Part shown: positions 12,989-26,616 of the stretch, piece by piece
Layout of the letters: each line of letters starts with the position of its first letter
Position numbering within the stretch: position 1 is the stretch's first letter
Assembly (NCBI GenBank): GCA_030248215.1
Contig: JASANG010001128.1
Coordinates: 248,001-312,000, forward strand
Origin: Enoplolaimus lenunculus
Taxonomy: Eukaryota
Direction: 5' to 3'
Length of the DNA stretch: 64,000 nucleotides
The notes under the pieces: generated by a model
Told to the model about the DNA's origin: nothing
Databases searched by the model: none
What the model saw: only the letters and a program-made list of their open reading frames with translations
Position numbers and translations under genes: made by a program

Positions 12989-15900
12989 CAAACTATAAGC
13001 CAGTAGTCACTCTCAACATAGCGTACTGTTGTCCACAAAAATGGACCAATCGCGTTTGACAGCAGTGGCATAAAGAGTTAATTATTTTTCACCAATCAGC
13101 CATGCTGCATTGGCTACCACATATACATATGTATGTTATATATAGGCTGGTTGACCGATTGTTCCGCATGAGATATTTTCCTTGTCGCATAGAATAGTTC
13201 TCGGTTTCATTTTATTTCCATGACGACCGCAATGGTTTGTAAAACAACTATTGCCAGACACGACGCACACACCACAACTCAAGGCTTTTGTTGATTTTTA
13301 ATCTTGGTTTGGCTTCGATTCCGAGTTCGCATATTGAACTCTGTTTTGAAATAAACGTTGTTTTAAATTTGAGCTGAAAATATTGAGTGACGTAAAAAGC
13401 AGGAGCGTTCCGACACAAGGATCATGGGAAGCTGTCTGCAGAGTTAGAAAAGTTTTAATTACACTGTAAACTTCAGTGAGTTGATTTTAACTCAGAATGA
13501 GTTGAATTCACTCGGAAACGTAAGCTGTGAATTAGGTCTCTCATAACTGTGTATTCTGAATTCATTGAACTCATTCTGAGTTAATTAAACCAACTTAGTC
13601 AGAATTAAATCAGCTAGGGGTGAGTTAACGTTTTGTTTTATTAGCTCAGAAATAGCCAGAAATGACTAATTCGCACTCTGAGTTGATTGATCAATTCATC
13701 GGAAATTACTGTCTACTTACTTTAGGTAGATGCATGCCTTTTTGCATAGATGTTTAACCATCTGTCAACGCTATATATTTTAAGACGACGACGTCAAGTC
13801 ACTAGCGGATCCAGAGGGATGGCGGGGAGGGCGTACGCCTACCCCCGTCAGAAATTTTGTTGTGTTAAACTGGTACGGTCCCTACTTTACAATTTTTTTA
13901 CAATTTTTCCCATAGACATTTTTTGTCAAAAATGATAAGGTCCCCCTACCTTACAAATTTTACAATTGTTCATGCAAAATTTTTTTATACTAAAATGGTA
14001 ACGTCTCTACCTTACAATTTTTTGCCCTCAGAAGATTTTTTGGTGATAAAATGATAACGTCCAATGCCTTACAATTTTTGCGTTTCATACCATTTTACCA
14101 GCCCGCCTCCCCGTCAAAAAATTTTGGATCCACCGCTAGCTCTAGTTGATTTTTTCACTGTGTCTGCTAAGTTACTTTTACAGAATTTGGCCAATGTCTA
14201 CAGAACATGGTCGTGTTACTGTAGTTCTAGTATATTCCTATTAAGCCTAACGCGTAATCCTGAGCGTAAGAATAAGATTATACTTAAACCTGAGCATAAA
14301 CTTAAGCAAAAATTAATCTAAAGCTCACGCTTTACTCTAATATTGTTGTCCCACAGAAAAACATTCCGCCCCTGGTCGTTACATTGGTTCATAGTTTGAA
14401 GCAACAGAATTTTACGTTTTCAGAGGAATACTGTGTCTATTGTTGGGCTCTTTATGGTAACATGTTGTTATGACTAAAAACTTTTTTCCCGAATTTATGC
14501 AATTTCAATTCAACTTTAAAATCAAAATTTAAGCTAAAATTTGAACTGGTTTACTTCTTTATAACAGGTTCAAATGCCAGCTGAGTAGAGAGTTTAGCGC
14601 GGAGCCGAAGCCATATACAAATACCTTCGAATCTTAAGAAATTAGGCCAATGCAAAGAACAGGGGCGGAACAGTATTATAAGCTTATTCCTAAGCGTAAG
14701 CCTAAGCCTAAGCCTAAACTTAAGCGTAAGAATGAGCATATTCGTAAGCCTAGGCCTAGCCAAGCAAAAAAATTATTCAATGCGCAAGCTTGCTGTTTTG
14801 TGGTCCCATAGAAAAACGTTCCGCCCATGATCTTTCGATCGGCCAGACAGTACATATTTCGAAAAGCTGTAGCGTTAAAATCTTAAATTTGAAATTTTAG
14901 TTTGAAACGCAAAGTTTGCATTAAAAAATAATTTTTAATATTAAACAATAAATTTAATTTTGGCGAATTTTTGAACCAGAAATCTCATTTCTTCAGCGAT
15001 TTTCAATTCCTTACACACATTTGAAATAAATATTCCACCGAGAACCGAAGGTTCAAACTCGTCTTTGAATTTGCCCGTTTCTTCAATCTCTGGCCAATTG
15101 AAAGGTCAGGGGCGGAACGTTTTTTTCTGTGAAACTGTTATACAGTAAGCTTAAGCTTTAGACTAATTTTTTTGCTTGGCTTAAGCTTAGGCTTAGGCTT
15201 AGGAATAAACTCATTCTTACGCCCTGGCTTAGGCGTAGGCTTAGGCTTAGGCTTAGCAATATGCTTATTCTTTACGCTTACGCTTAAGCTTTCGGCTTAG
15301 TGGTATGCTTATAATACTGTTCCGCCCCAGTTCTTGACACTGGCGGAATCTCTTAAAGATAAAATGTACTAAAGTATTCCGATTAAAATCAGCAGGCACC
15401 TCTCTACTCCCCCTCTTCAGTGACAACAAGCAGTGGCCGATCCAGAAATTTCTGATCAAAGAAGCCGCACGATATATAACTGATAAAAGCTTGCGACAAA
15501 AGCGATCGAGAAGCCAAACGCAATTTTAGTACAACACAAATGCTTAATACAAATCTTTTGATTTTGATTCTTTCAGAGGGGCGGCGCCTGTGTGCCTCCC
15601 CTTCAGCCGTCAACTAACTGCTACGTCTGACCATATACACCATACCTACTTGGTGCCTATATGCATAGGATAAGCTTTGCATCCGGTTTCAACAAACCAT
15701 GTGTATAGTTTTGTCATTCTAGTTATATAGCCAAAACATCATGACTATATTTTATAACCGTTCTAAACAGGGAACATATTATTTTACCGAAATTTCCAGG
15801 AGAAAACGTGCAAAAATCAACACTTTTACCGTCTTTCGTATTTAAAAAGACTAAAATAATTTTCTCGCTCGCTTCGTTCGCTAAACTACGGCTGTATGTA

Positions 15901-17331
15901 TAATCGAAGTTATATACCCATTCGAAATGAAATACATCTTGGCTTACGGGTTTATAGTTGAAAATGTGTATATAACTTTGGTCGGACACATGCGTGTAAG
16001 TACGTGTGCTTTCGCGTGACTTCTGGCTCTGAAAGCCGCCTCTGCTGCGTTAAAGTTTTAAAATTGAATTATTAGAACTTTCAAATTTGTTTCAAGGATG
16101 TGTTGCCGGCTTTTAGCGTTTGATTTGAATATATAAAAACGATGTTTAAGAGTGTAGTGCGTTTTTTTACAAAGCTGTTCCTACGCTAAAGGCAGTTGGC
16201 CGACCACGTATGGCCGAAGCAGCCAACCCCGGTACCCACGATTTGGGGGGGCCCATCCCAAAAAGAGGTCCCCTCCCTAACAAGATTTTAAGCAAAAAAT
16301 ATAAAAAATAGTTTGATTTTCACAAGGGGCCTCAACCCCAGATTTCGATGGGGCACCCTAGCGGGATCCGGGACTGCGACAAGGCGAAGTGTTGTGATTT
16401 CATTTCAGGAGGGCATATAAAAATTCAAGTAAAAGATGATTTCGAGCAAGAACTAGCGGTGTGCTATAAATTGTCTTGTATGTGTCCATTTTAAAACATA
16501 ATTTTGAGGGTGCATATCGTCTTGTATATCAGTGTGCATCAGCCAACTGAAGGTTAAAAATACTGAAGCACAAACTGAAGTTAACCCTTTATCACATGAA
16601 TATTTTCTATTTCATCTGAGACCTACTTTTATGCTTGGATTCGACCTCCAGTGTCTGGAGTGGGAGGTGTTTACCATTCCCACTCAGCTATAAGAGCTTG
16701 AAGCTCGAGCCTGAGGGGGCTCTCACGTCTTATGGTGATTTAGTACTATGTATACGTGTTGCAAATGTTAAACACTGTGCGATATATATTATTTAACGTA
16801 TATACACTGCGCTGAGTTGCCCATAGTTAACTCTGCTTGAGAAGGGGTTAAAATTATGTTGAATTTGCTAATTTTAACAATAATTGTAAAATGCAGTTTT
16901 AATGACATTTTGACCAAATCTTAAAGCAATTAAACTTTCAAGACTTGCACGTCACTGAACAAAACATTTTTTATGCAAGAATACCTCAAGTTTGGCAACC
17001 GAAATTGCTGAAATTTTCGTTTTCTGCCATAGCAGGAGGTCCACTTTTCACCGGAGCCAGGGCCAAAGGTGGAAGACCACAGGCCGTGCACTGCCATATA
17101 CACCTTAGTCTACACGCGACGGCAGTGGCTCGGGTATTATTAAGGTTAAAGGCACAGTGCCGCCATTTATAATCCGGAGTTGATGACCCTGAGCCCATTT
17201 GGTCGCTTCGCCTTCTCGCAAGCTAGACAAAGACTTGAAATGTTTTGATTTATGATTGTATCTGGACGTCATTTGTCTAATTTGAGGTTCCAACTAAGTT
17301 CTGCAAAAAGACGCAAAGTGGAAAGCGAATG

Positions 17332-17450
17332 TTTTGATTGCTGATTGGTTCAAGTTTTACGATTAACCGAAGGGTTTTGATTTCTGATTGGTTCAAGTTT
17401 TACGATTAACCGAAGGGTTTCGTTTTCTGATTGGTTCGAGTTTTACAATT
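17332..17450. repeat. Tandem repeat, ~41-bp unit, about 3 copies
   Basis: CTGATTGGTTCAAGTTTTACGATTAACCGAAGGGTTT is repeated directly. Confidence 0.8.
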
Positions 17451-18307
17451 AATAGGATTAGGCACCGAACCCAAAATTTAGGAATGCGATTAAAATACCA
17501 ATAAGCAGGGATATACACAGGAATACACAGCAGGGAGCCGAGGGTCAAGTGGTATACACGGTCCTTGTGTAAGGGGCGTACCGATTTTCTGCGGGACTCC
17601 AATAGAGTAAGCTTAAGTAAAGCCTTAGACTATTTTTTGCTTAGGCTGATGCTGATGCTTAGGAATATTCTTATACTACTGGTACACCCTTTTAACTAAC
17701 ATTGGCACATTGCGTATGCCTTAAATATATATTCCGAATACTAACATAGGATAGGAAGACGAATTTACTAGAAAAATTTTTTAATTTCAAATAAACACGA
17801 ATTCATTGCTGATTTCAGAAAGAGTCATCCGCCTAGACGAAATATTGACTCCATTACAATGGTGGGCTTAAGCCTACGGCTTATCCTAAATTCTAACCTA
17901 AAAACATCCTTATATATCCATATATTGTTTGGTTTTCAGGTTACGTAGCAATTAAATAATGTAACGTGGCGTTGCAATAGTTGGGTTGAACCAAATAGAC
18001 GATTTGTATTGCTGCCTTGACCTGAATTGTTGATTTTCTTCGTTGAATGTCGAGCTTTGAAACCGCAACATGAATCGCAACTCTTATAGGCCTGAGGTAA
18101 ATTTTAAGAAACACGACTCCCAATTTCAATTTGACAAGTGTTGAAGTTGTGACTATTACAAGTTCGAACGCTACTAAACGATGTATTAAACGAAATTTTA
18201 AAATATTTAAATTTTTACACTATGAGAAATCGTGAAAAAACCGACTATTTTGTATTGATTGCCTTGACGAGCTGTATTTTCAAATACGTGCCCGGTGCAT
18301 CGATTAC

Positions 18308-18616
18308 CACTGGTTGACGATAAGTTGTGAAATTGGCAAACTGTGATATCACTGCAAAAAATAGTGCGTCAAATTGACTCTCTCCGAAATAGGCTTTTCG
18401 GGACTACACAAATTGAGTCCAATTCGGCTCCGACAGACTGAGCGATTCAGTGAATCGAATTTGACTCTGGGTGAGTCGATTTTGACTCTGACGGAGTTGA
18501 ATTTGACTCAGTTTATGCAGTCCCGAAAAGCCTATTTCGGAGACAGTCAATTCGACGCCCCAGTTTTTGCAGTGATATCACAGTTTGCCTATTTCACAAC
18601 TTTTCGTCAACCAGTT
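18308..18616. mobile_element. Nested palindromes: a CACTG MITE (18349-18574) inserted at the centre of a shorter CACTG-ended inverted repeat
   Basis: Outer arms CACTGGTTGACGATAAGTTGTGAAATTGGCAAACTGTGATAT / ATATCACAGTTTGCCTATTTCACAACTTTTCGTCAACCAGT. The inner element is flanked by AT. Confidence 0.7.
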
Positions 18617-18766
18617 GCAATCAACCAATTGTATTAAAATTCTTAGGTCCGCAATAACTTTCGTACAACAGGCATCAGTATTTGCTTTCAGCAGATACGC
18701 GCAAGTCCTTCAACGCCGCGGTCACCACGGGTTCCGTTCCAAGACCAACTGGCGACATTTTTGCTT

Positions 18767-21700
18767 ATGGATGAAGAAGGCGATGACGACATCGAAATGT
18801 CCAGTGAACCGACTGGAAATTTAAATGGGGCGAACCTCCGACACGTATCACCCCAGGCAATACGTAACGGTATACCCTTGAATTCGATGACCTCACCATA
18901 TATGTCCCCATTATCTACCCAGCGTACCGACGTTCCAGACAGTGGTGGGCCTCGTTGGGGTAACGATAACGCCCCTGGCCAGACTCGTATAGGAACGTCT
19001 TCACCAGTCGCAGGCCTGGAAAACACGGTTCTTGGGGGTAAACCTGATCACAGACCTTGTCAAGTTGACAAATCAATCGCTGGTTCTAAACCAGATGGCA
19101 CAACGCAGCCAGCGATCAGCACCGGTGGAGATCCTAGAAATCGGGCGACATCTGGCGGCGGGGGTAGTAAACCAAATTCCGAAAAACACGGCACCACAGA
19201 ACAACCTGTTCGAGGTGTCAAATTTGTCGAACGGAGCTTATCAGAACCAAACGATGCGTCTTCACCAAGTGTCCCACGCCACCCAACTGCACGCTTTCGA
19301 ACAGCTACCGGATGGCGTCGACCGATCGCTAGTGCATTTCGCTGGGGGTCCGGAGCGGCAGCGGCTGCGGCAGGTCCAGGAGGTCCTGGCGGTGGTGGAC
19401 CTCATTTCAGGGGTCGTCGAGTAAGTAGACCGCTACTGAGAACAGCAAGTCGAATGCGACAAGTCTCTGAGCGAACGTTTTCCACAGTTGGGATCGATGA
19501 TGAAAATCAACAAAGAGGCACTTGGTCGAATCAATTTGAATTTTTTTTGTCGTGTCTAGGGTACGCCGTAGGCCTGGGCAACGTATGGCGATTCCCGTAT
19601 TTGTGCCACGCAAACGGTGGCGGCGCATTTTTGATTCCGTACCTGTTGATGTTAATCTTTTGTGGCTTACCGATGTTGTTGCTAGAGCTTTCGCTAGGGC
19701 AATACTCGTCTGAGGGTCCAATTTCAATTTGGAAAATTTGTCCGTTGTTCAAAGGTATTGGAGTTGGAATGGTGTTAATTAGTATATTTCTTGCAAGTTA
19801 TTACAATATGATTACCGGATGGGCGTTATACTATTTATACTCTTCGTTAAACGTTGCCTTGCCTTGGTCATGCTGTGAGCCAGAGTGGTCAAAATCGAAA
19901 TGTGTATCTTTCGTCGAAGACACCTGCGCGGGCAGTACACCACCCCCAGGTATTAAGGGATCCCACGAATATCCAAATGGACTTTTACGCCTAGCTAACA
20001 CATCCAGCGCTACGACAAATTTGCAACACTCGACCGAAATTCAAAATTTAACCACATTTCAATCCCAGATTCGAGCTTCGACGACCGATTCAATGTTTAA
20101 TTCGAGTATTCGATTTGAAAATTTAACTTCAACTGAACCAAATTTTACATTTGCGGCGTCCGATTATTTTCACAACGTCGCGTTAACCATCAGTTCAGGC
20201 GTGGATACAGTAGGCAGCATTCAGTTGCATTTATTCATCGCACTTTCAGTTGCTTGGATTATCGTTTTTCTTGTTCTCATGCGTGGAATAAAATCGGTTG
20301 GAAAAATTGTCTATTTTACATCGTTGTTTCCGTACGTTATTCTGACTACACTCCTTGTACGAGCGTGTATGGAGCCTGGTAAGTCCATGGGTGTAGGGTT
20401 TGAAAGATAGCCGACCCACGCTAATTACAGGGTAGTGGCGGATCCACAAATTTGAGATGGATAGGGTTGCGCAATTAGTGATAAAAGATCGCAAGCGAAG
20501 CGAGTGAGAAGCTAAACGCAATTTTGGTACTAAATCTTTAATACAAAGTTTTGGTTTTGATTTCAGTGTCGTTTCTATGCCTGAACAGAGAATGTTGAGT
20601 TGGCTGGCTACGGGGTCTGAAAAGTGGGTATTATCAATTCTTTATGGACCAAATTTACAATTCAATTCAACACACTAATACATTTTAAGACGTAAAACCC
20701 TATTCACGAGTGCAAGTTTTTGCAGCAAAACCGTGCCCGTGCAACTTGCATGTGCAAGTTTGGTCACAAAGCAGCTTTGAAGTTTTTGCAGTTGCAAATT
20801 ATTCACTGGAATTAATGCGGGGTTCACGTTATAACTGGGGCAGTCGGGTCACGTTTTGTCACATGTTGATCCGACATCAACATAAATTTTTGTTACCATC
20901 ATATGATACGGACAGACAAAAGTCGAATATCATGTGATATTGCTATACAAACCACGAGTACACAGGTCATCTCAACATACAAGTGTTCGTATGTCACGTG
21001 ACACTATCAGACATATTGGTGAATATCATATGATATTCTAAATTAACAGCATATATGATATGATATTCAGCAAGACAGATTTGGAGTATCATATGCTGTT
21101 TACTGTACAGTTTAAGTGTATTATATGATAATCTATTATGTAGTTCATTTCATTTTATAAGACAATCCGCCAAAATTTGAATGTTCCAGCCAAAATTTGA
21201 ATTTTCCTGCCAAAATTTGACTTCTCCCGCCAAATTTTGAATTTTCCCGCCAAAATTCAAGTTTCCCGCCAAAATTTGAATTTTCCCAAAATTTGAATTT
21301 TCCCGCCAAAATTCAAATTTCCCGCCGAAATTTGAATTTTCCCAAAATTTGAACTTTCCGCCAAAACTTGAATTTTTTGCCAAAAATGTCATTTTCCCGC
21401 CAAATTTTGAATTTTCCCGCTAAAATTGAAATTTCCCGCCATATTATTCGTATGTTATTTACATTGTCTCACAATAGCATATGATACTAACGGCACATGT
21501 CTGTTAGTATCATATGATATTCCGTCATACGTAATCTTAGTTATGTAACTGACTCAGTAGACATTTTCAAAATTATCACATGATATTGACAGACGATGTA
21601 GGGAATGTCGTATGATATTGAAAGACAAAACATGAACGATTCATGATGTTAGGAGACAACCACTGTTTTTGGAATATCATATTGGGTTACATCGTAGACA

Positions 21701-23460
21701 AAATGTTACCCAACATATAGAGCGTGACAAAACGTGACCCAGCTGCACCATTTATAGGGTGAACTGCGCATAATGCTACTGAATTTAATTCGCATCTGCG
21801 AATGCCAGTTACAAGTCGGTTGAATTTCTTACACCTGCAGTTTGATTAGTCAATCGGAATGTTCCTTACAAAATACTTGCAGCTCCAAGTATTTCATGCA
21901 AGTTACTGCTGCTAGTTCTCGCTGCAAAAACTTGCACTTGTGAATGAGGCTTTAGGCTTAAGCCAGGTGCGCGGCCAGGACTTTTAATTGGGATGAGGTC
22001 CAGCCAAACAGGAGTTACAGTACAAGTTGAGTTTGAAGAATTCGCGGCCGAAACACGCAAAAGCGCTTGAAAAAGTATAAAATTGTTGTATCTCAATGAA
22101 AAATTTAAGTTTTTTGGGGCTGCGACACTGAGAATCAACCAACAGATGTCCCAGATCTGCCTTTGCCGTGAATAGAACGTTTGTAACGCCAGCGAAGCGA
22201 ACGAGAGATTCAACGTAAACTTTACGTCAAGGGGGTTACCAAAAAAATTCACAAGGAGCATACAACGGTGTGAGATAGGATAACACAAGTGGCTAGGCGG
22301 AAATGATCCTGTATGCGGGTCGAGCACCTGTCTCTCACGCTACGGAACCGGTCAAAACCAATCCAAACCTATTAATATTCTTTGTTTCAGGCGCTCTCAA
22401 CGGTATCGTCTACTACTTGACTCCAGTGTGGAGTCGACTCCTAGAAGCAAAAGTCTGGGGTGAAGCGTTAACCCAAATATTCTTTTCAACTTCAATCTGC
22501 ACCGGTGGCGTTATCACCCTCGCATCGTACAACCGATTCAACAATAACGTATACCGCGACGCGATCATAATCGGTCTCGGCAACTCAATGACGTCAATAT
22601 TTTCAGGATTCGTAGTATTTGCCATCCTTGGATTTATGGCCGAACGGCAACACGAAAACGTCGCCGATATTGTCGCTGAAGGCCCTGGCCTTACATTTAT
22701 CATCTACCCACAAGCCGTTACGCTGTTGCCTGCGGCTCCGTTGTGGTCCGGCTTATTTTTTGCGATGCTAATCACCCTAGCGTTGAGTTCAATGTTTCCG
22801 ACGGTCGAAAATATTACCACAGCAATTATTGATCAATTTTCGTCGACTCTACGACCTTATAAATTTTGGATTACCCTCGCAACATGTACCCTGTTATTTT
22901 TAATCGGACTTACCATGACTACAAACGGCGGTATTTATATTTTGCTGCTGCTCGACAAATATGCAGTCGGATTTGCGTTGGTAATCGTAGGACTTGCAGA
23001 ATGCATAGTATTTTCATGGCTTTATGGTTCTGAGCGAATACTGCGAAATATTGAAGCAATGATTAAGGTAAGGCCTACTCGGGCGTGGCACTATATTTGG
23101 AGATACGTCTGTCCCACTTTACTAATTGTGTCCCTGTTGTTTACGTGGATCGACTATAAACCGTTACAGTACGGCGGGATCCCGTTTCCAATCTGGGCAG
23201 ACGTCCTAGGATGGTTACTGTCGTTTTTACCCGTGGTCGCAATCCTACTCACAGGTGTCGGGGTGTATGCCACTCACGATGTGCATATGGCGTGGTCGGA
23301 TGGCAGGGGCAGTAGTACTTGGCATGTTTTTAAAGCACGCATCCGCGAGCTTGTACGGACGGACCCGATGTGGGGCCCGGCGCTGGCCAAATATCGGACT
23401 GAAGCCGCCGAAACTGATTTGCATAGCGACGAACGCGAAACTGACGACGTATTCAGTTGA
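18767..23460 (+). CDS. SLC6 (SNF) sodium/chloride-dependent neurotransmitter or amino-acid transporter, ~893 aa; coding exons 18767-20378 and 22391-23460
   Basis: Motifs RGTWSNQFEFFLSCLGYAVGLGNVWRFPYLC, GGGAFLIPY, QIFFS, SYNRFNNN and GPGLTFIIYP. The GT-AG intron 20379-22390 joins in frame (EP|GALNGI). The subfamily (glycine/proline-transporter-like) is not resolved. Confidence 0.93.
20698..21948. mobile_element. Nested TIR elements in the SLC6 intron: an outer element, and an inner element (20816-21770) with a TAA TSD and a ~21-bp CCGCCAAAATTTGAATTTTC minisatellite
   Basis: Outer TIR ATTCACGAGTGCAAGTTTTTGCAGC / GCTGCAAAAACTTGCACTTGTGAAT. Inner TIR TGCGGGGTTCAC..GGGTCACGTTTTGTCAC / GTGACAAAACGTGACCC..GTGAACTGCGCA flanked by TAA (PIF/Harbinger-like). 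Partial relatives lie at ~26905-27357 and 63932-64000. Confidence 0.7.
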
Positions 23461-23926
23461 AATATGACTAAAATATCAAACTCGCATGTTTCTTCAAAAC
23501 CATTCATAATTTGTTTTAGTTAAGCGACTCCAAAAGTCAACCCGCGCCAATTTAGTTCCTCCTACTGTAGGAACCAGAAAAAATACGAAGTGTGGCGAAC
23601 GATATTTATTCCGCCTCACCAGAACGTGCCCCCACTTGGTGTCCGACAACGGACTCCAGTTTTATTTTTTAACCACAACCCCTGCCCTGGTATCTCGACC
23701 TTGCAACTTTCACTTATCTCCCCATTCTTATTCACGTCTCCGAGGTGTAATTGGGTAAAGATTTTCGTATTCGGCCCGTTCTTTACCTGCGGAAACTTTA
23801 CTTTTTACCGTCTCACCTTTATCCATCCTTTTTTGTGTCAGACAAAAGCTGTCTAATTGACCAGTGTATTGTCTCCTGCTCTCGGGTTACGTCACAAAAA
23901 CGTCTATCGTTACTGGCGGCAGGGTG

Positions 23927-25428
23927 TAGGACAGCGGGACAGTAGGACAGTGGGGCAGTAGGACAGTGGGACAGTAGGAAAGCTGGACAGTAGAACAGTG
24001 GGACAGTAGGACAGCGGGACAGTAGGACAGCGGGACAGTAGGACAGCGGGACAGAAGGACAGCGGGACAGTAGGACAGCGGGACAGAAGGACAGCGGGAC
24101 AGTAGGACAGCGGGACAGTAGGACAGCGGGACAGTAGGACAGCGGGACAGTAGGACAGCGGGATAGTGGGACAAAAGGACAGCGGGACAGTAGGACAGTA
24201 GGACAGCGGGACAGTAGGACAGCGGGATAGTAGGACAGCGGGATAGTAGGACAGCGGGACAGTTGGACAGCGGGACAGTAGGACAGCGGGACAGTAGGAC
24301 AGCGGGATAGTAGGACAGTAGGAAAGCTGGACAGTAGGACAGTGGGACAGTAGGACAGCGGGAGAGTGGGACAGCGGGACAGTAGGACAGCGGGACAGTA
24401 GGACAGCGGGACAGTAGGACAGCGGGACAGTAGGACAGCGGGACAGTAGGACAGCGGGACAGTAGGACAGCGGGACAGTAGGACAGCAGGACATCTGGAC
24501 AATGGGACAGCGGGACAGTAGGACAGCGGGACAGTAGGACAGCGGGACAGTAGGACAGCGGGACAGTAGGACAGTAGGACAGCGGGACAGTAGGACAGCG
24601 GGACAGTAGGACAATGGGGGACAGTAGGACAGCGGGACAGTGGGACAGCGGTACAGTGGGACACCGGGACAGTAGGATACTGGGACAGTGGGACGGTAGG
24701 ACAGCAGGACAATGGGACAGTAGGACAGCGGGACAGAAGGACAGCGGGACAGTAGGACAGCGGGACAGTAGGACAGCGGGATAGTAGGACAGTAGGAAAG
24801 CTGGACAGTAGGACAGTGGGACAGTAGGACAGCGGGAGAGTGGGACAGCGGGACAGTAGGACAGCGGGACAGTAGGACAGCGGGACAGTAGGACAGCGGG
24901 ACAGTAGGACAGCGGGACAGTAGGACAGCGGGACAGTAGGACAGCAGGACATCTGGACAGTGGGACAGCGGGACGGTAGGACAGCGGGACAGTAGGACAG
25001 CGGGACAGTAGGACAGCGGGACAGTAGGACAGCGGGACAGTAGGACAGCGGGACAGTAGGACAGTGGGGGACAGTAGGACAGCGGGACAGTGGGACAGCG
25101 GTACAGTGGGACACCGGGACAGTAGGATACTGGGACAGTGGGACGGTCGGACAGCAGGACAATGGGACAGTAGGACAGCGGGACAGAAGGACAGCGGGAC
25201 AGTAGGACAGCGGGACAGCAGGACAGCGGGACAGCTGGACAGTAGGACAGCGGGACAGTAGGACAGCGTGACAGTAGGACAGCGGGACAGCAGCACAGTG
25301 GGACAGCAGGACAGTGGGACAGTAGGACAGAGGGACAGTGGGACAATGGGACAGTGGGACGGTAGGACAGCGGGACAATGGGTTAGTAGGACAGTCCCGC
25401 TGTCCCACTGTCCCGGGACAGCGGGACG
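23927..25428. repeat. 1.5-kb minisatellite of 8-bp units (GGACAGTA / GGACAGCG, alternating as a 16-mer)
   Basis: Directly visible. It accounts for the long low-complexity ORFs on the minus strand. Confidence 0.95.
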
Positions 25429-25993
25429 GCCCTCAGCGTAACATGGGCCTGCTGTTCCGATGAATTCCTCAGTATTGGGCTCTGTACAAATTCTGGTTGA
25501 GAGTTCCGAGGAAATTCCGAGCATCCGTAAGTGTATCACAAAATCTACCGGACACGGAATTTCAATTTTTGCCACAGACACAGGCAGAGCTCCGGTTGTA
25601 CCCTGATACCAATGATAAAACAAACCATTGTAACGCGGAGCTAATATGGTTAAACATAGTTTGTCGTTTAGCCAAATTCTACGGTGGGTAAAGATTAATT
25701 AATTTATACCAGCCCTTTGAACATTTTTACTCGCGGGCACGCCGACGTCCGGATACCCGTGCTTCACGCGCAACTCTGATTCCAGTCACTACAGTATAAG
25801 CTTGAAGCAGCTTAACTAAAAAGAACTTGTCTTAGTTTAAGTCTCATAAGCGTATAGGAAACGGCCGTATACCAAGACAAAAATATATAACATATTCCTT
25901 CCGAGAATGCCTGAACAAACGATGTACAAGAATGCTATCTTGATAGGCTCTGGAATAACCTACTGCATGGTACAGGTCTCAGGTTTGCTGACG

Positions 25994-26185
25994 GGCCAAT
26001 GTACAGAATAGGAGCGAACAGTATTATAAGCATATTCCTAAGCCTAAGCTCAGGCCTAAGTGTAAGCGTAAGAATGAGCATATCCTACGCCTAAGCCTAA
26101 GCCAAGCAAAAAATAGTCTAAAGCTTAAGCTTACTCTATTGCAGTCCCACAGTAAAACGTTCCGCCACGGATTTTTACACGGGCC
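25994..26185. mobile_element. TTAGGC-carrying MITE with a perfect 8-bp TSD
   Basis: GGCCAATGTAC...ACACGGGCC flanked on both sides by TGCTGACG. Confidence 0.85.
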
Positions 26186-26422
26186 TGCTGACGAACCAAG
26201 ATTGACCTCTGTTAATTTCTACAACTACTCTGCTTTGAATCAATATAGATTGTTGTGTATATTATAGTCGTTTTACTGATTAATTTTATGAGCTTAGTTG
26301 TTTTATTAATGATTAAATAAAGGACGTAAACGTTCTGGCATATAAGCAAATACGTAAGCTTTAAGATTGTAACTTTTCGATAGCACATGTGACATTTCTA
26401 AAATTCTTGCTATTGAACCTTT

Positions 26423-26616
26423 GGCCCATGTATAGAACAGGGCCGGAACGTTTTCCGGCGGGACTGTAATAGAGTAAGCTTAAGCTTTAGACTAAGTTTT
26501 TGCTCAGGCTTAATAGGCTTAAGGTTTGGCTTAGGTATAGGCTCATTCTTACGCTTAGGCTTTAGGCTTAGGAATATGCTTATACCAGTGTTCCGGTCTG
26601 GTTCTATACATTGGCC
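26423..26616. mobile_element. TTAGGC-carrying MITE with a perfect 8-bp TSD
   Basis: GGCCCATGTATAGAAC...GTTCTATACATTGGCC flanked on both sides by GAACCTTT. Confidence 0.85.

Noticed and set aside
2329..17707. True telomere or chromosome-fusion site
   Set aside because: The TTAGGC runs are short, degenerate, in both orientations and enclosed by transposon TIRs.
19032..19752. Overlapping alternative-frame and antisense ORFs within SLC6 exon 1
   Set aside because: These are shadow ORFs of a real coding exon.
23819..25623. Long Cys/Pro-rich ORFs (478-578 aa) on the minus strand
   Set aside because: All three frames are open only because the 8/16-bp minisatellite has no stop codons on that strand.
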